Shown here piece after piece: positions 37,557 through 46,873 of a stretch of DNA of 55,255 bases. Every line of letters begins with the position of its first letter. Position 1 is the stretch's first letter. The position numbers and the translations under genes are program-made. The notes under the pieces are model-generated. The model ran no database searches. It was not told the DNA's origin and saw only the letters and a list, made by a program, of their open reading frames with translations. Source of the DNA: Thermoanaerobaculia bacterium. Lineage in GTDB: Bacteria; Acidobacteriota; Thermoanaerobaculia; Multivoradales; JAHEKO01. Where the stretch lies: NCBI GenBank assembly GCA_041574955.1, contig JBFGNS010000006.1, forward strand, positions 1 through 55,255, given 5' to 3'.

Positions 37557-39998
37557 TCAGGCTTCCGGCCGCGAGCCCGGCCGCCTGCGCCGCCGCCAGT
37601 GCTGCCAGATCCCCCAGGGGATCAGCGCCCACCACATCAGCAGCGACCCCCAGAGCCCGATCGAGGCGCGGTGCGCCAGCGTCTGCATCACGTTGTCGCC
37701 GAACCCGGGGTCGTCGATCATGTAGGTCCAGGTGGCGGCCGGCCCGACCAGCCCGGCCGCCTGCCAGTCGACGCCGTCGGCGCCCACCTCGAGCGCCTCG
37801 AACAGCTCGCCGGCGGCGCCTTCGATGCGGACGGTGAGCTGGTCGAAGGCGGCGATCGCGGTGCGGTAGAACTCGGCCAGCGGCTGGCGGCCGTCGAGCG
37901 CCGCCAGGTGCGACTCGTCGCGCAGCGCCTGCATCTCGGTCAGGTGCTCGCTCCAGCAGCGGTCGATGGCCACCAGCGTCACCCGCCGCTCGATCTCGGC
38001 CAGCGCCGCCTCGCCCAGCCGTGCCGCCAGCCGGCGGCGCGGCTCGGCGCAGCGCGCGGTCGGCAGCTCGTCTTCGGCCTCGCCGTCGAGCACCGCCTGG
38101 CGCCACTGCCGGATGAACAGCCGCTGCTCCTCCAGGATCTCCGAGTAGTCGTTGAGCCGCCGGCGCAGGTCGGCAGCCTCGCCCTCCGCGATGCGCTGGA
38201 CGCGCGCCATCTCGCGCTCGACGATGCGCGAGTCGATCGGCGCCGGCGGCGCCGCGGCCAGCTCCCGCCGCAGGCGGCGGGGCAGCAGCCGGTCGATGCC
38301 GTAGCGTGCGGGCAGCTCGTCCGCGAGTGACAGGAAGAAGCGCGAGCTGCCGGGGTCGCCCTGCCGGCCTGCTCGGCCGCGCAGCTGGCGGTCGATGCGG
38401 CGGCTGGGGTGGAGGCAGGTGCCGATGACGTACAGGCCGCCGAGCGCGGCGACAAGCTCGCGGTCGCGCTCGTCGGCGCCGCCGAGCCGGATGTCGGTGC
38501 CGCGCCCCGCCATGTTGGTGGAGATGGTGAGGGCGCCCGGTGCTCCCGCCTGCGCCACGATCACCGCCTCCTGGGCGTCGTGCCGTGCGTTGAGCACCCG
38601 GCAGCCGAGACCGTGCCGGCCGAGCGTCGCCGCCAGCTGCTCGGACGCGGCGACGCTGGCGGTGCCGACCAGCACCGGGCGTCCGCGCCGGTGGGCGGCT
38701 GCGATCTCTTCGACCACCGCGCGATCGCGCGTCTCGGCGCGCGGGTAGACGAGCGGCGGATGGTCGACGCGTACCGAGCGCCGGTGGGGCGGGATCGGCG
38801 CCACCGCGAGGCCGTAGGCGTCGGCGAGCTCGGCCGCCGACGATGTGGCGGTGGCGGTCATGCCGCACAGCCGCGGGTAGAGGCGCAGCAGCTGGCGCAC
38901 CGTGATCGAGGCCAGCAGCCTGCCGTCGGCTCCCAGCCGCAGCCCCTCCTTGGCCTCGACCGCCGCCTGCAGCCCGTCGGGCCACTGGCGCTTGTCGGCC
39001 ACCCGGCCGGTGTGCTCGTCCACCAGCTCGACGGCGCCGCCGCGCACGATGTAGTCGACGTCTCGGCGCAGCAGGTGCTCGGCGTGCAGCGCCTGGCGCA
39101 CCGCCGCCGCCAGAGCGGCGTTGGCCGGATCGACCAGGCTGCCGCAGCCCAGTCGCCGCTCCACCTCGTCCTCGCCGCCGGCGGTCAGGAAGACGTTGCG
39201 GCCGCTGTCGTCGGTGGTGAAGTGGGTGCCGGCGTCGAGCCCGCGCACCAGCTCGGCGAGCCGTCCGCGGCCGGGCGCGGTGGCGGCGACCGCCCCGGCC
39301 ACCACCAGCGGGATGCGGGCCTCGTCGATCAGGATCGAGTCGGCCTCGTCGACCAGGGCGAAGCGGAACGGCCGCTGCACCTGGCGGCCCGGCTCCAGGC
39401 ACAGCCCGTCGCGCAGGTAGTCGAAGCCGGCCTCCTTGACCGTCAGGTAGGTGACGTCGCGGCGGTAGGCGCGCTGGCGCTCGGCGACCGTCATGCCCTC
39501 CGCCACCCAGCCGACGCTGGCGCCCAGCAGCTCGTAGACCGGCCCCATCCAGCGCGCGTCGCGCTCGGCCAGGTAGTCGTTGAAGGTCAGGACGTGCGCC
39601 CCCCGGCCGGTCAGGGCGTGCGCCAGCACCGGCGCCACCGCCGCCAGCGTCTTGCCCTCGCCGGTGTCCATCTCGGCGATCCGTCCGTCCGCCAGCGCGA
39701 ACCCGCACGCCAGCTGGACGTCGTGCGGGCGCAGCCCGAGGGCGCGCCGGGAGGCCTCGCGCACCAGGGCGCAGGCCTCGACGATCAGCTCGCCGGGGTC
39801 GGTGTGCGGCGCGCGGGCGCGGCGCGCCAGCCACGCGGCTCGCTCCGCCAGGCCGGCGTCGGCGAGCTCGGCGAGCGCCGGCTCGAGCGCCGTCGCGGCG
39901 GTGATCCGGTCGCGGTACGGCCCGAGAGGGTCGCCGGCCGCCGCCCGGCGGCGGGCACCGCCGCGGCGGGGATCGGCAGCACCGCCGGCGTGCCGCAC
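37557..39998 (-). CDS. secA2: Accessory Sec translocase ATPase, SecA2-like
   Basis: MDTGEGKT, NDYLAERD, DEADSILIDEAR.PL, STNMAGRGTDI, QLRGRAGRQGDPG; short, no C-terminal Cys/His zinc motif. Confidence 0.88.
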   Translation of the reverse strand: MRHAGGAADPRRGGARRRAAAGDPLGPYRDRITAATALEPALAELADAGLAERAAWLARRARAPHTDPGELIVEACALVREASRRALGLRPHDVQLACGFALADGRIAEMDTGEGKTLAAVAPVLAHALTGRGAHVLTFNDYLAERDARWMGPVYELLGASVGWVAEGMTVAERQRAYRRDVTYLTVKEAGFDYLRDGLCLEPGRQVQRPFRFALVDEADSILIDEARIPLVVAGAVAATAPGRGRLAELVRGLDAGTHFTTDDSGRNVFLTAGGEDEVERRLGCGSLVDPANAALAAAVRQALHAEHLLRRDVDYIVRGGAVELVDEHTGRVADKRQWPDGLQAAVEAKEGLRLGADGRLLASITVRQLLRLYPRLCGMTATATSSAAELADAYGLAVAPIPPHRRSVRVDHPPLVYPRAETRDRAVVEEIAAAHRRGRPVLVGTASVAASEQLAATLGRHGLGCRVLNARHDAQEAVIVAQAGAPGALTISTNMAGRGTDIRLGGADERDRELVAALGGLYVIGTCLHPSRRIDRQLRGRAGRQGDPGSSRFFLSLADELPARYGIDRLLPRRLRRELAAAPPAPIDSRIVEREMARVQRIAEGEAADLRRRLNDYSEILEEQRLFIRQWRQAVLDGEAEDELPTARCAEPRRRLAARLGEAALAEIERRVTLVAIDRCWSEHLTEMQALRDESHLAALDGRQPLAEFYRTAIAAFDQLTVRIEGAAGELFEALEVGADGVDWQAAGLVGPAATWTYMIDDPGFGDNVMQTLAHRASIGLWGSLLMWWALIPWGIWQHWRRRRRPGSRPEA

Positions 39999-40005
39999 CG
40001 CGCGC

Positions 40006-41121
40006 TCACACCTTGATGAAGATGCGGCGCCAGTAGAGCAGCGCCATCACCAGCCACCAGAAGACGACGTAGGCGAGCCCCATCGCCAGCGAAGCGTTCA
40101 CCGGCTCGAGCCAGCTCAGGAAGAGGTTGTCGTAGATCCAGCCCCACAGCCGCTGGTCCTCGCCCACCCGGATGCGGATCAGCAGGATGGTGACCAGACC
40201 CGACAGGAAGTAGACCGCCAGCGCGTTGAGGCCGTAGACGATAGCCGGGAAGGCCCAGCGCCGGTAGCCGCGCACGTCGATCAGCCAGTAGCAGACCGCC
40301 AGGGCTTCGAGTGCCGCGCCGGCGGTGAACAGAACGTAGGAGCTGGTCCACAGGCTCTTGTTGAGCGGCAGCCAGAGGCTCCAGGCGAGCCCGCCGAGGA
40401 TCGCCAGCCAGCCGGCCGTGAACATGCCGGCGGCGATCTCCGAGCGGTCGCGGCCGGAGCGCAGCCACCGCCCGGTGAGCACCCCGGCCAGCGTCGTCGC
40501 CACCGCCGGCACGGTGCTCAGCAGGCCCTCCGGATCCCAGGTGGTCTGCCACAACCGGCCGGGCAGCAGCTGGCGGTCGAGCCATGCCGCGAGGTTGCCG
40601 TCCGGCGACAGGTCGCCGGCGAACGATCCCGGTGCCGGCACCAGCGCCAGCAGCGCGTGGTAGCCGGCCAGGATGCCGGCGGCGCTCCAGATGATGCCCC
40701 GGCGGCCGGTGTTGAGCACGATCAGCGACGCCACCAGGTAGACCACCGCGATCCGCGGCAGCACTCCGGCCACCCGCAGGCGCGACAGGTCGAAGTCCGG
40801 GAAGGCGCTGAGCAGCAGGCCGAGGGCGAAGATGATCGCCGCCCGTCGCGCCACCTTGAGATACAGGCTGCGGCGGTCGCCGCCGGCCAGCCGGCGAGCG
40901 AAGGCGAACGCCATCGCCACGCCGACGATGAACAGGAAGAACGGGAAGACCAGGTCGGTCGGCGTCCAGCCGTGCCACTCCGCGTGCAGCAGGGGCGGAT
41001 AGACGTGGGCCCAGCTGCCGGGGTTGTTGACCAGGATCATCCCGGCTATCGTCAGACCTCGGAAGGCGTCGAGCGACAGCAGGCGATCGCCGGGTAGCGG
41101 ACCGCGGGGGTTCTGGGTCAT
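40006..41121 (-). CDS. Heparan-alpha-glucosaminide N-acetyltransferase-like membrane protein (NagX/DUF5009)
   Basis: Start ATG 41121. SLDAFRG...MILVN, HAEWHGWTPTDLVFPFF, DPEGLLST, NKSLWTSS. Confidence 0.9.
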   Translation of the reverse strand: MTQNPRGPLPGDRLLSLDAFRGLTIAGMILVNNPGSWAHVYPPLLHAEWHGWTPTDLVFPFFLFIVGVAMAFAFARRLAGGDRRSLYLKVARRAAIIFALGLLLSAFPDFDLSRLRVAGVLPRIAVVYLVASLIVLNTGRRGIIWSAAGILAGYHALLALVPAPGSFAGDLSPDGNLAAWLDRQLLPGRLWQTTWDPEGLLSTVPAVATTLAGVLTGRWLRSGRDRSEIAAGMFTAGWLAILGGLAWSLWLPLNKSLWTSSYVLFTAGAALEALAVCYWLIDVRGYRRWAFPAIVYGLNALAVYFLSGLVTILLIRIRVGEDQRLWGWIYDNLFLSWLEPVNASLAMGLAYVVFWWLVMALLYWRRIFIKV

Positions 41122-41143
41122 GGTCGATAGCGTTCTATCAGAG

Positions 41144-43735
41144 GTGAGGGTCAAAGCCGTACCTTCGGTCGCCGTGCTGCTCGCCGCGGCCGTGCTGGTG
41201 GGAGGGTGCGGCGAGCCGCCGCCGGCGACGCCGGCCGCCCCCGAGCTGGCGGCGCGTTTCGAGCTGCTGGCCAACGAGGACGCGCAGTTCCACGCCCGGT
41301 TGACCCTGATCAACCGCGGACCGGCCGAGCTGGGGACCGCCGGCTGGGCGCTGTACTTCAACCTGGCGCGTCAGCTGGTGGCGCTGCCCGAGGAGGCCGG
41401 CCTCGCCGCCGAGCACCTCGACGGCGACCTGTGGCGTCTGGTACCCCGGCCGTCTTTCGAGCCGCTGTCACCGGGCGGCGAGCGCCAGATCTTGTTGAGC
41501 GGCGGCGGTCACCTGGTGCGGCGCTCCGACGCGCCCCGCGGCCTCTATCTGGTCTGGCGAGCGGGCGGGGTCGAGACGGCGCGCGAGCTCGGCGAGGTGT
41601 CGGTAGCGCCGTTCGACCAGCCGCAGCAGACTCGGCGCGGATCGCAGGACCAGATGCCGGTGCCCACCCCGGCATCGCGCTACCGCGACAACCGGTCGCT
41701 CGGCCTGCTGCCGGCCGGCGAGCTGACGCCGCTGGTACCGACGCCGCGCGAGCTCCGGCGAGGCGCCGGCCAGGTGGTGGTCGACGGCTCCTGGACGATC
41801 ACCCACGACTCCGGGTTCGAGGCCGAGGCCGCGGCGCTGGCGGTGGAGCTGGGGCGGTTGGTGGGAGGCGAGCTGAGCGTGGGGCAGGGCAGCGGCGCAG
41901 GAGCCGGCACGATCCGGCTCGCCCGTCGAGCCGCGCCGCCCGAGCACTACCGGCTGAGCGTCGACCCCGCCGGTGGCATCGAGCTGGCGGCGGCCGACGC
42001 TGCGGGGATCTTCTACGCCGGCCGCAGCCTGCTGGGTTTGACGCCGCCGGCCGCCTGGGCGGCCGAGCCCGGCCCGTTGACCCTGCCCGCGGTGAACATC
42101 GACGACGGTCCGCGCTTCGCCTACCGCGGGCTGCATCTCGACGTGGCGCGCAACTTCCAGACGCCGGAGACGGTGCGGCGGCTGATCGACCTGGCCGCCT
42201 TCTACAAGCTCAACCGGCTCCACCTGCACCTGGCGGACGACGAGGGCTGGCGGCTGGAGGTGCCGGCGCTGCCCGAGCTGACCGCCGTCGGCGGGCGGCG
42301 CGGGCACACGCTCGACGAGGCCGACCGGCTGCTGCCGTCGCTCGGCTCGGGGCCGACCGCGGACCACCTGCCCGGCAGCGGCTTCTACACCGGCGAGCAG
42401 TTCGTCGAGATCCTGCGGCACGCCCGCGCTCGTCACGTCCAGGTGGTGACGGAGATCGACCTGCCGGGACACGCGCGCGCCGCGATCAAGGCGATGGAGG
42501 CGCGCGCCGCGCGGCTGCGCGACACCGACCCGGAGGCGGCCGACCGCTACCGCCTGCTCGACCCCGGCGACAGCTCGACCTACCGCTCGGTGCAGGGCTG
42601 GACCGGCAACGTGGTCGACGTCTGCCTGCCCTCGACCTACCGCTTCATCGAGGTCGTGGTGGACGAGATCGTGGCGCTCTACCAGCGCGCCGGCGCGCCG
42701 CTCGAGATGGTCCACATCGGCGGCGACGAGGTGCCGCACGGCGCCTGGGAGGGCTCGCCCGCCTGCGCCCGCCGGATCGCCGAGCTGCCCGAGCTCGGAG
42801 GGGTGGAGGACCTGCCGGGCCACTTCGTGCGGCGGGTCGAGCGGCTGCTGGCCGAGCGGGGCCTGGCGACCGCCGGCTGGGAGGAGGTCGCGCTGCGCGC
42901 CGCGCCGGGTGCGGGCGAGAGCTCCAAGCTGCCGGATCCGGAGCTCGCCGAGCGCGAAGTGGTGCCGTACGTCTGGAACAGCGTCTGGGGCTGGGGCTCG
43001 GAGGACCTGGCCTACCGGCTGGCCAACGCCGGCTTCGAGGTGGTGCTGTGCAACGCCTCGAACCTCTACTTCGACCTGGCCTACGAGAAGCACCCCGAGG
43101 AGCCGGGGCTCGACTGGGCCGGGTTCGTCGACACCCGCACCGCCTGGGAGCTGGTGCCGTTCGATCTCTACCGCAGCGCCCGCGTCGACCGCCTGGGCAG
43201 ACCGGTCCGTGCCGAGCAGCTGGCTGCTTCCGCGCGGCTCGAGCCGGCGGCGCGGCGCCGCGTGCTCGGTCTGCAGGGCCAGCTTTGGGGCGAGAACCTC
43301 ACCTCGCCCCAGCGGCTCGACTTCATGGCCTTCCCCAAGCTGCTCGGACTCGCCGAGCGCGCGTGGGCACCGGCGCCGCGCTGGGCGGGGGTCGACGCGC
43401 CGGCGGCGCGCGACCGGCAGCGCGCCGACGCCTGGAACGAGTTCGCCAACCGCCTCGGCCAGCGCGAGCTGGCGCGGCTGGACTTCGCCTACGGTGGCGT
43501 CGACTACCGGTTGCCGCCGCCGGGCGCGGTGATCGAAGCGGGGCGGCTGCTCGCCAACTCGGCGTTTCCGGGCCTCGAGATCCGCTGGGTCGCCGGCTCC
43601 GGCGAGGTGCCGCCCGACGCTCGGCCGTACACCGGGCCGGTGGCGGTGGAGGGTCCCGTCAGCGTAGCGGTCTTCGACCGTCGCGGCCGGACGAGCCGGC
43701 CGAGCGTGGTGGGCGCCGCGCCCGCCGTCGACTGA
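41144..43735 (+). CDS. GH20 beta-N-acetylhexosaminidase (chitobiase-type) lipoprotein
   Basis: Lipobox VGGC; PRFAYRGLHLDVARNF, HLHLADDEGWR, EIDLPGH, HIGGDE, GQLWGE. Start 41144 or 41120. Confidence 0.93.
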   Translation: MRVKAVPSVAVLLAAAVLVGGCGEPPPATPAAPELAARFELLANEDAQFHARLTLINRGPAELGTAGWALYFNLARQLVALPEEAGLAAEHLDGDLWRLVPRPSFEPLSPGGERQILLSGGGHLVRRSDAPRGLYLVWRAGGVETARELGEVSVAPFDQPQQTRRGSQDQMPVPTPASRYRDNRSLGLLPAGELTPLVPTPRELRRGAGQVVVDGSWTITHDSGFEAEAAALAVELGRLVGGELSVGQGSGAGAGTIRLARRAAPPEHYRLSVDPAGGIELAAADAAGIFYAGRSLLGLTPPAAWAAEPGPLTLPAVNIDDGPRFAYRGLHLDVARNFQTPETVRRLIDLAAFYKLNRLHLHLADDEGWRLEVPALPELTAVGGRRGHTLDEADRLLPSLGSGPTADHLPGSGFYTGEQFVEILRHARARHVQVVTEIDLPGHARAAIKAMEARAARLRDTDPEAADRYRLLDPGDSSTYRSVQGWTGNVVDVCLPSTYRFIEVVVDEIVALYQRAGAPLEMVHIGGDEVPHGAWEGSPACARRIAELPELGGVEDLPGHFVRRVERLLAERGLATAGWEEVALRAAPGAGESSKLPDPELAEREVVPYVWNSVWGWGSEDLAYRLANAGFEVVLCNASNLYFDLAYEKHPEEPGLDWAGFVDTRTAWELVPFDLYRSARVDRLGRPVRAEQLAASARLEPAARRRVLGLQGQLWGENLTSPQRLDFMAFPKLLGLAERAWAPAPRWAGVDAPAARDRQRADAWNEFANRLGQRELARLDFAYGGVDYRLPPPGAVIEAGRLLANSAFPGLEIRWVAGSGEVPPDARPYTGPVAVEGPVSVAVFDRRGRTSRPSVVGAAPAVD

Positions 43736-43825
43736 CGGACAGGCCACAGCGACCACCCACCCGGCGTTACCGCCGGCGGTCCTACCACGCGGCGCCCGCC
43801 TGGCCGGCGGTGGCCGTCCCGGCGG

Positions 43826-44284
43826 TCAGTCGCCCCAGTCCACCTGCGGGTCGACCGAGCACAGCAGGTCGCCCTGGTGGTTGTCGTCGCAGGCGTAGAC
43901 CGCCACGTTGTACGGCCAGGAGGAGCCCTGCTTGCGGTTACCCGGCACCGTGCTCCTGACGGTCGACTCGCCGCAGCGGATCCTGAAGTTCTGGCCGAAA
44001 TGGTCACGGCGGCCCGGATGGTCGGAGTCGGCCGCCTTCCAGTCGATCGTCCAGTAGTGGCCTGCACCGTCGGCCGCAACCCACTCGACCCGGCGCGGCG
44101 CCTTGTCCCAGAAGATCTCGACCGGATCGGGCGCGACGGCGATCGAGCACGGCGAGCCGGCGGTGTAGCTCAGCTCGACCGTGGCGTACTCCGGCTGCGC
44201 GGTCACGCCGCTGACGCCGATGACCAGCAGCAGCAAGCCGAAAGCGACAGCGGTGGTCGTGCGTACCCAAGCTCTTGCCCACAT
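43826..44284 (-). CDS. Small secreted beta-rich protein with four Cys and C-terminal DP motif
   Basis: ATG 44284 after GGGAGG; signal peptide; YNVAVY...VDPQV. Confidence 0.7.
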   Translation of the reverse strand: MWARAWVRTTTAVAFGLLLLVIGVSGVTAQPEYATVELSYTAGSPCSIAVAPDPVEIFWDKAPRRVEWVAADGAGHYWTIDWKAADSDHPGRRDHFGQNFRIRCGESTVRSTVPGNRKQGSSWPYNVAVYACDDNHQGDLLCSVDPQVDWGD

Positions 44285-44359
44285 GAGTTCCTCCCTCTGG
44301 CCGGGTTGTCCGACTGAGGTTAATCTTATCTGTAATAGTGCCGGAGCTGTCAACCGCGC

Positions 44360-46621
44360 TCAGCGCGGCGACAGGTCGGCTAGCAGCAGGGCCGAAAACT
44401 CGGCGTCGCCGGCGTAGGCCGCGAACTCCGGCGCTTGCCGGAACTCCTCGCGCGGATAGCCGGCGCGGATGGCCTGTTCGACCAGCCGCAGCAGGCCCGG
44501 CTTGTCGCCGGCCACGGCGTGGATCTGCGCCGCGTTGTAGAGCAGCTCCGGGTCCTCGGGGCTCTCCGCGACCCGCGCGTCGATGGCCGCCGTGGCCTCG
44601 CGGTGGCGCCCCACCTTGGCGACGCTCAGCAGCCTCAGCGAGACCAACCCCGGCTGCGCCCCGGCCGCCGCAATGCGGCGATCGCAGCTGTCGATCGCCG
44701 CCAGGTACCAGCGGCGCGACTCGGCCTGGTCGCCCAGGCTGGCGTACGCGTCACCCAGGTTGTGCTGGGTCATCGGGTGCTCCGGGTCCATCCGGTAGGC
44801 GTTGAGATAGGCGTCGACCGCTTCGGCCGGCCGGTCGAGATAGAAGTAGACGGTGCCCAGGTTGTTGGCCGCGGGCCGGTAGTCCGGCTGCAGCTCGAGA
44901 ACGCGCTGGAACAGCGGTGCCGCCTCCAGGTAGCGGCCGCTGCGCATGTAGACGATCGCCAGGTTGTTGAGCGCCCCGGCGTGATCCGGAGCGAAGCGAA
45001 TCACCTCGCGGTACTCGAGCGCCGCCTCCTCGAGCCGGCCCAGCCTCGCCAGGGCGGTGGCCAGGGCGTGCCGGGTGTTGACCTGGTCGGCGCCGAGCTC
45101 GACCGCGCGTTCCAGCTCGGCGAGCCCTTCCTCGTGCTGCCCGCGGGCGATCAGCGATTCGCCCAGCAGGATCGGGGCGCGGCTGTCCGCCGGCTCCAAG
45201 CGGTGCGCTTGGCGCGCGGCGTCGACGGCGGTTTCGAAATCGCCGGCGGCACGGGCCAGCTCGGCACGCGCCAGCCACGGGCCGACCACCGGCTCGTCTC
45301 CGCCCTCGGCCTGCTCGACCAGTGCCAGCACCTCCTGCTCCCGGCCGTCCTCGGGGTCGATGCGCTGGCGGGCGGCGAGCAGAGCGGCCAGCTCACCGGC
45401 GAGAAACGCGTTGTTCGGCTCGAGCTCGAGCGCGCGCCGCCAGGTCTGCTCGGCGAGCCGCAGGTTGGTGCGCGTCAACCCGCGTCGCCAGTAGCGCTCG
45501 CCCTGGGTGAACAGCAGACGGGCGTCGGTGTTGGCGATCCGCCCGGCGGCGCGGCGGGCCTCGTTCTCCGCGGAGGCGGACTCGGTCTCGCCGGTGCGCT
45601 CGGGCCACTGGCGCACCACCAGCACCGCCGCCGCGGTCAGCCCGAGGGCGATGACGGCGGCCACCGCCGGCCGGCGCCAGCGCCGCCGTGGCGGCCGACC
45701 GGTGACCACGGAGGTCAGCGGCACGGTGCCTGTGCCCTCGATCTCGCGCCGCAGGTGCATCAGCTCGTTGCGCACGTCCTGCGCCGACTGGTACCGCTGC
45801 TCGGGGCTCTTCTCCAGGCAGTGGCTGATGACCCGCGCCAGGTGGTTCGGCAGGTCGGCCCGCCGGGTGTCGATTTCGCGTGGCGCGTCCTTGAGGATCG
45901 ACGACATCACGGCGAGCGAGCTCGGCCCGCCGAACGGCCGCTGGCCGGTGGCCATCTCGTACAGGATGGTGCCGAGCGAGAAGATGTCCGAGCGGGGATC
46001 GGGCTCGCGTCCCTCGAGCTGCTCGGGCGACATGTACGGCACGGTGCCGACGATCTGGCCGACGGTGGTCAGCGGCTCGGTGAGCAGCTCGGTGGCGTCG
46101 TCGCTGCTGACCGCGGCCTGCAGCTTGGCGAGCCCGAAGTCGAGCACCTTGACGGGGCCGCTCGCCGGCACCACCACGTTGCCCGGCTTGAGGTCGCGGT
46201 GCACGATGCCTTTGGCGTGGGCCGCCGCCAGCGCCTCGGCGAGCGGGATTCCGATGCCGAAGATCCGGCGCAGCGGCATGCCGTCGCGCGGGATGAGCTT
46301 CGACAGCGGTTCTCCATCCACCAGCTCCATGGTCAGAAAGTGGAAGCCGTCGACGTGCTCGACCGAGTGGATCGTCACGATGTTGGGGTGACTGAGGGCT
46401 GCCAGGGAACGTGCCTCGCGCTCGAAGCGGCCCAGCCGCTCGGGGTCGCGGGCGAACTCGGCGGGGAGCACCTTGATCGCGACCTGCCGCCCCAGCCGCG
46501 TGTCCTCGGCCCGGTAGACGACGCCCATGCCGCCGGCGCCGATCTGCTCGAGGACGCGGTAAGCGCCCAGACGCTGGCCGACCAGCTGGGGGTCCTGGGT
46601 GGTGGATCCTTCAGAGGCCAT
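44360..46621 (-). CDS. Hanks-type Ser/Thr protein kinase with TM helix and TPR domain
   Basis: Start ATG 46621. GAGGMG, VAIK, HRDLKPGN, DFG, GTVPYMSPE; TM; TPR repeats (ALNNLA, AANNLG). Confidence 0.95.
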   Translation of the reverse strand: MASEGSTTQDPQLVGQRLGAYRVLEQIGAGGMGVVYRAEDTRLGRQVAIKVLPAEFARDPERLGRFEREARSLAALSHPNIVTIHSVEHVDGFHFLTMELVDGEPLSKLIPRDGMPLRRIFGIGIPLAEALAAAHAKGIVHRDLKPGNVVVPASGPVKVLDFGLAKLQAAVSSDDATELLTEPLTTVGQIVGTVPYMSPEQLEGREPDPRSDIFSLGTILYEMATGQRPFGGPSSLAVMSSILKDAPREIDTRRADLPNHLARVISHCLEKSPEQRYQSAQDVRNELMHLRREIEGTGTVPLTSVVTGRPPRRRWRRPAVAAVIALGLTAAAVLVVRQWPERTGETESASAENEARRAAGRIANTDARLLFTQGERYWRRGLTRTNLRLAEQTWRRALELEPNNAFLAGELAALLAARQRIDPEDGREQEVLALVEQAEGGDEPVVGPWLARAELARAAGDFETAVDAARQAHRLEPADSRAPILLGESLIARGQHEEGLAELERAVELGADQVNTRHALATALARLGRLEEAALEYREVIRFAPDHAGALNNLAIVYMRSGRYLEAAPLFQRVLELQPDYRPAANNLGTVYFYLDRPAEAVDAYLNAYRMDPEHPMTQHNLGDAYASLGDQAESRRWYLAAIDSCDRRIAAAGAQPGLVSLRLLSVAKVGRHREATAAIDARVAESPEDPELLYNAAQIHAVAGDKPGLLRLVEQAIRAGYPREEFRQAPEFAAYAGDAEFSALLLADLSPR

Positions 46622-46873
46622 CAACGACCTCGAGCCCGGCGGTGGCGACTGCCGGGGGTGAAGCTGGAGCCTGGCAGAGGTCTGTCGACCCTGGCCGCTG
46701 TCTGTCGGGCTCGACCCGTTTGCATGCCGACCGGAGCTCCCAGCGGCGGACGCTATCAAAACGAGGCGCGGGCCGCACCGCTCCCGTGCTACGCTCGCCG
46801 TTCGTACGCCCGCAGTGCGATCCGGAGGCTGCCCGCCCCCGGCGAGCCGCAGGGATAGCACAAGGAGACAGCC

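Noticed and set aside
37531-39834. Apparent 1072-aa ABC ATPase with long N-terminus (possible SecA-ABC frameshift fusion)
   Set aside because: The extension is an alternate frame of secA2, which has its own stop; the ATPase has its own -10 and ATG at 37530
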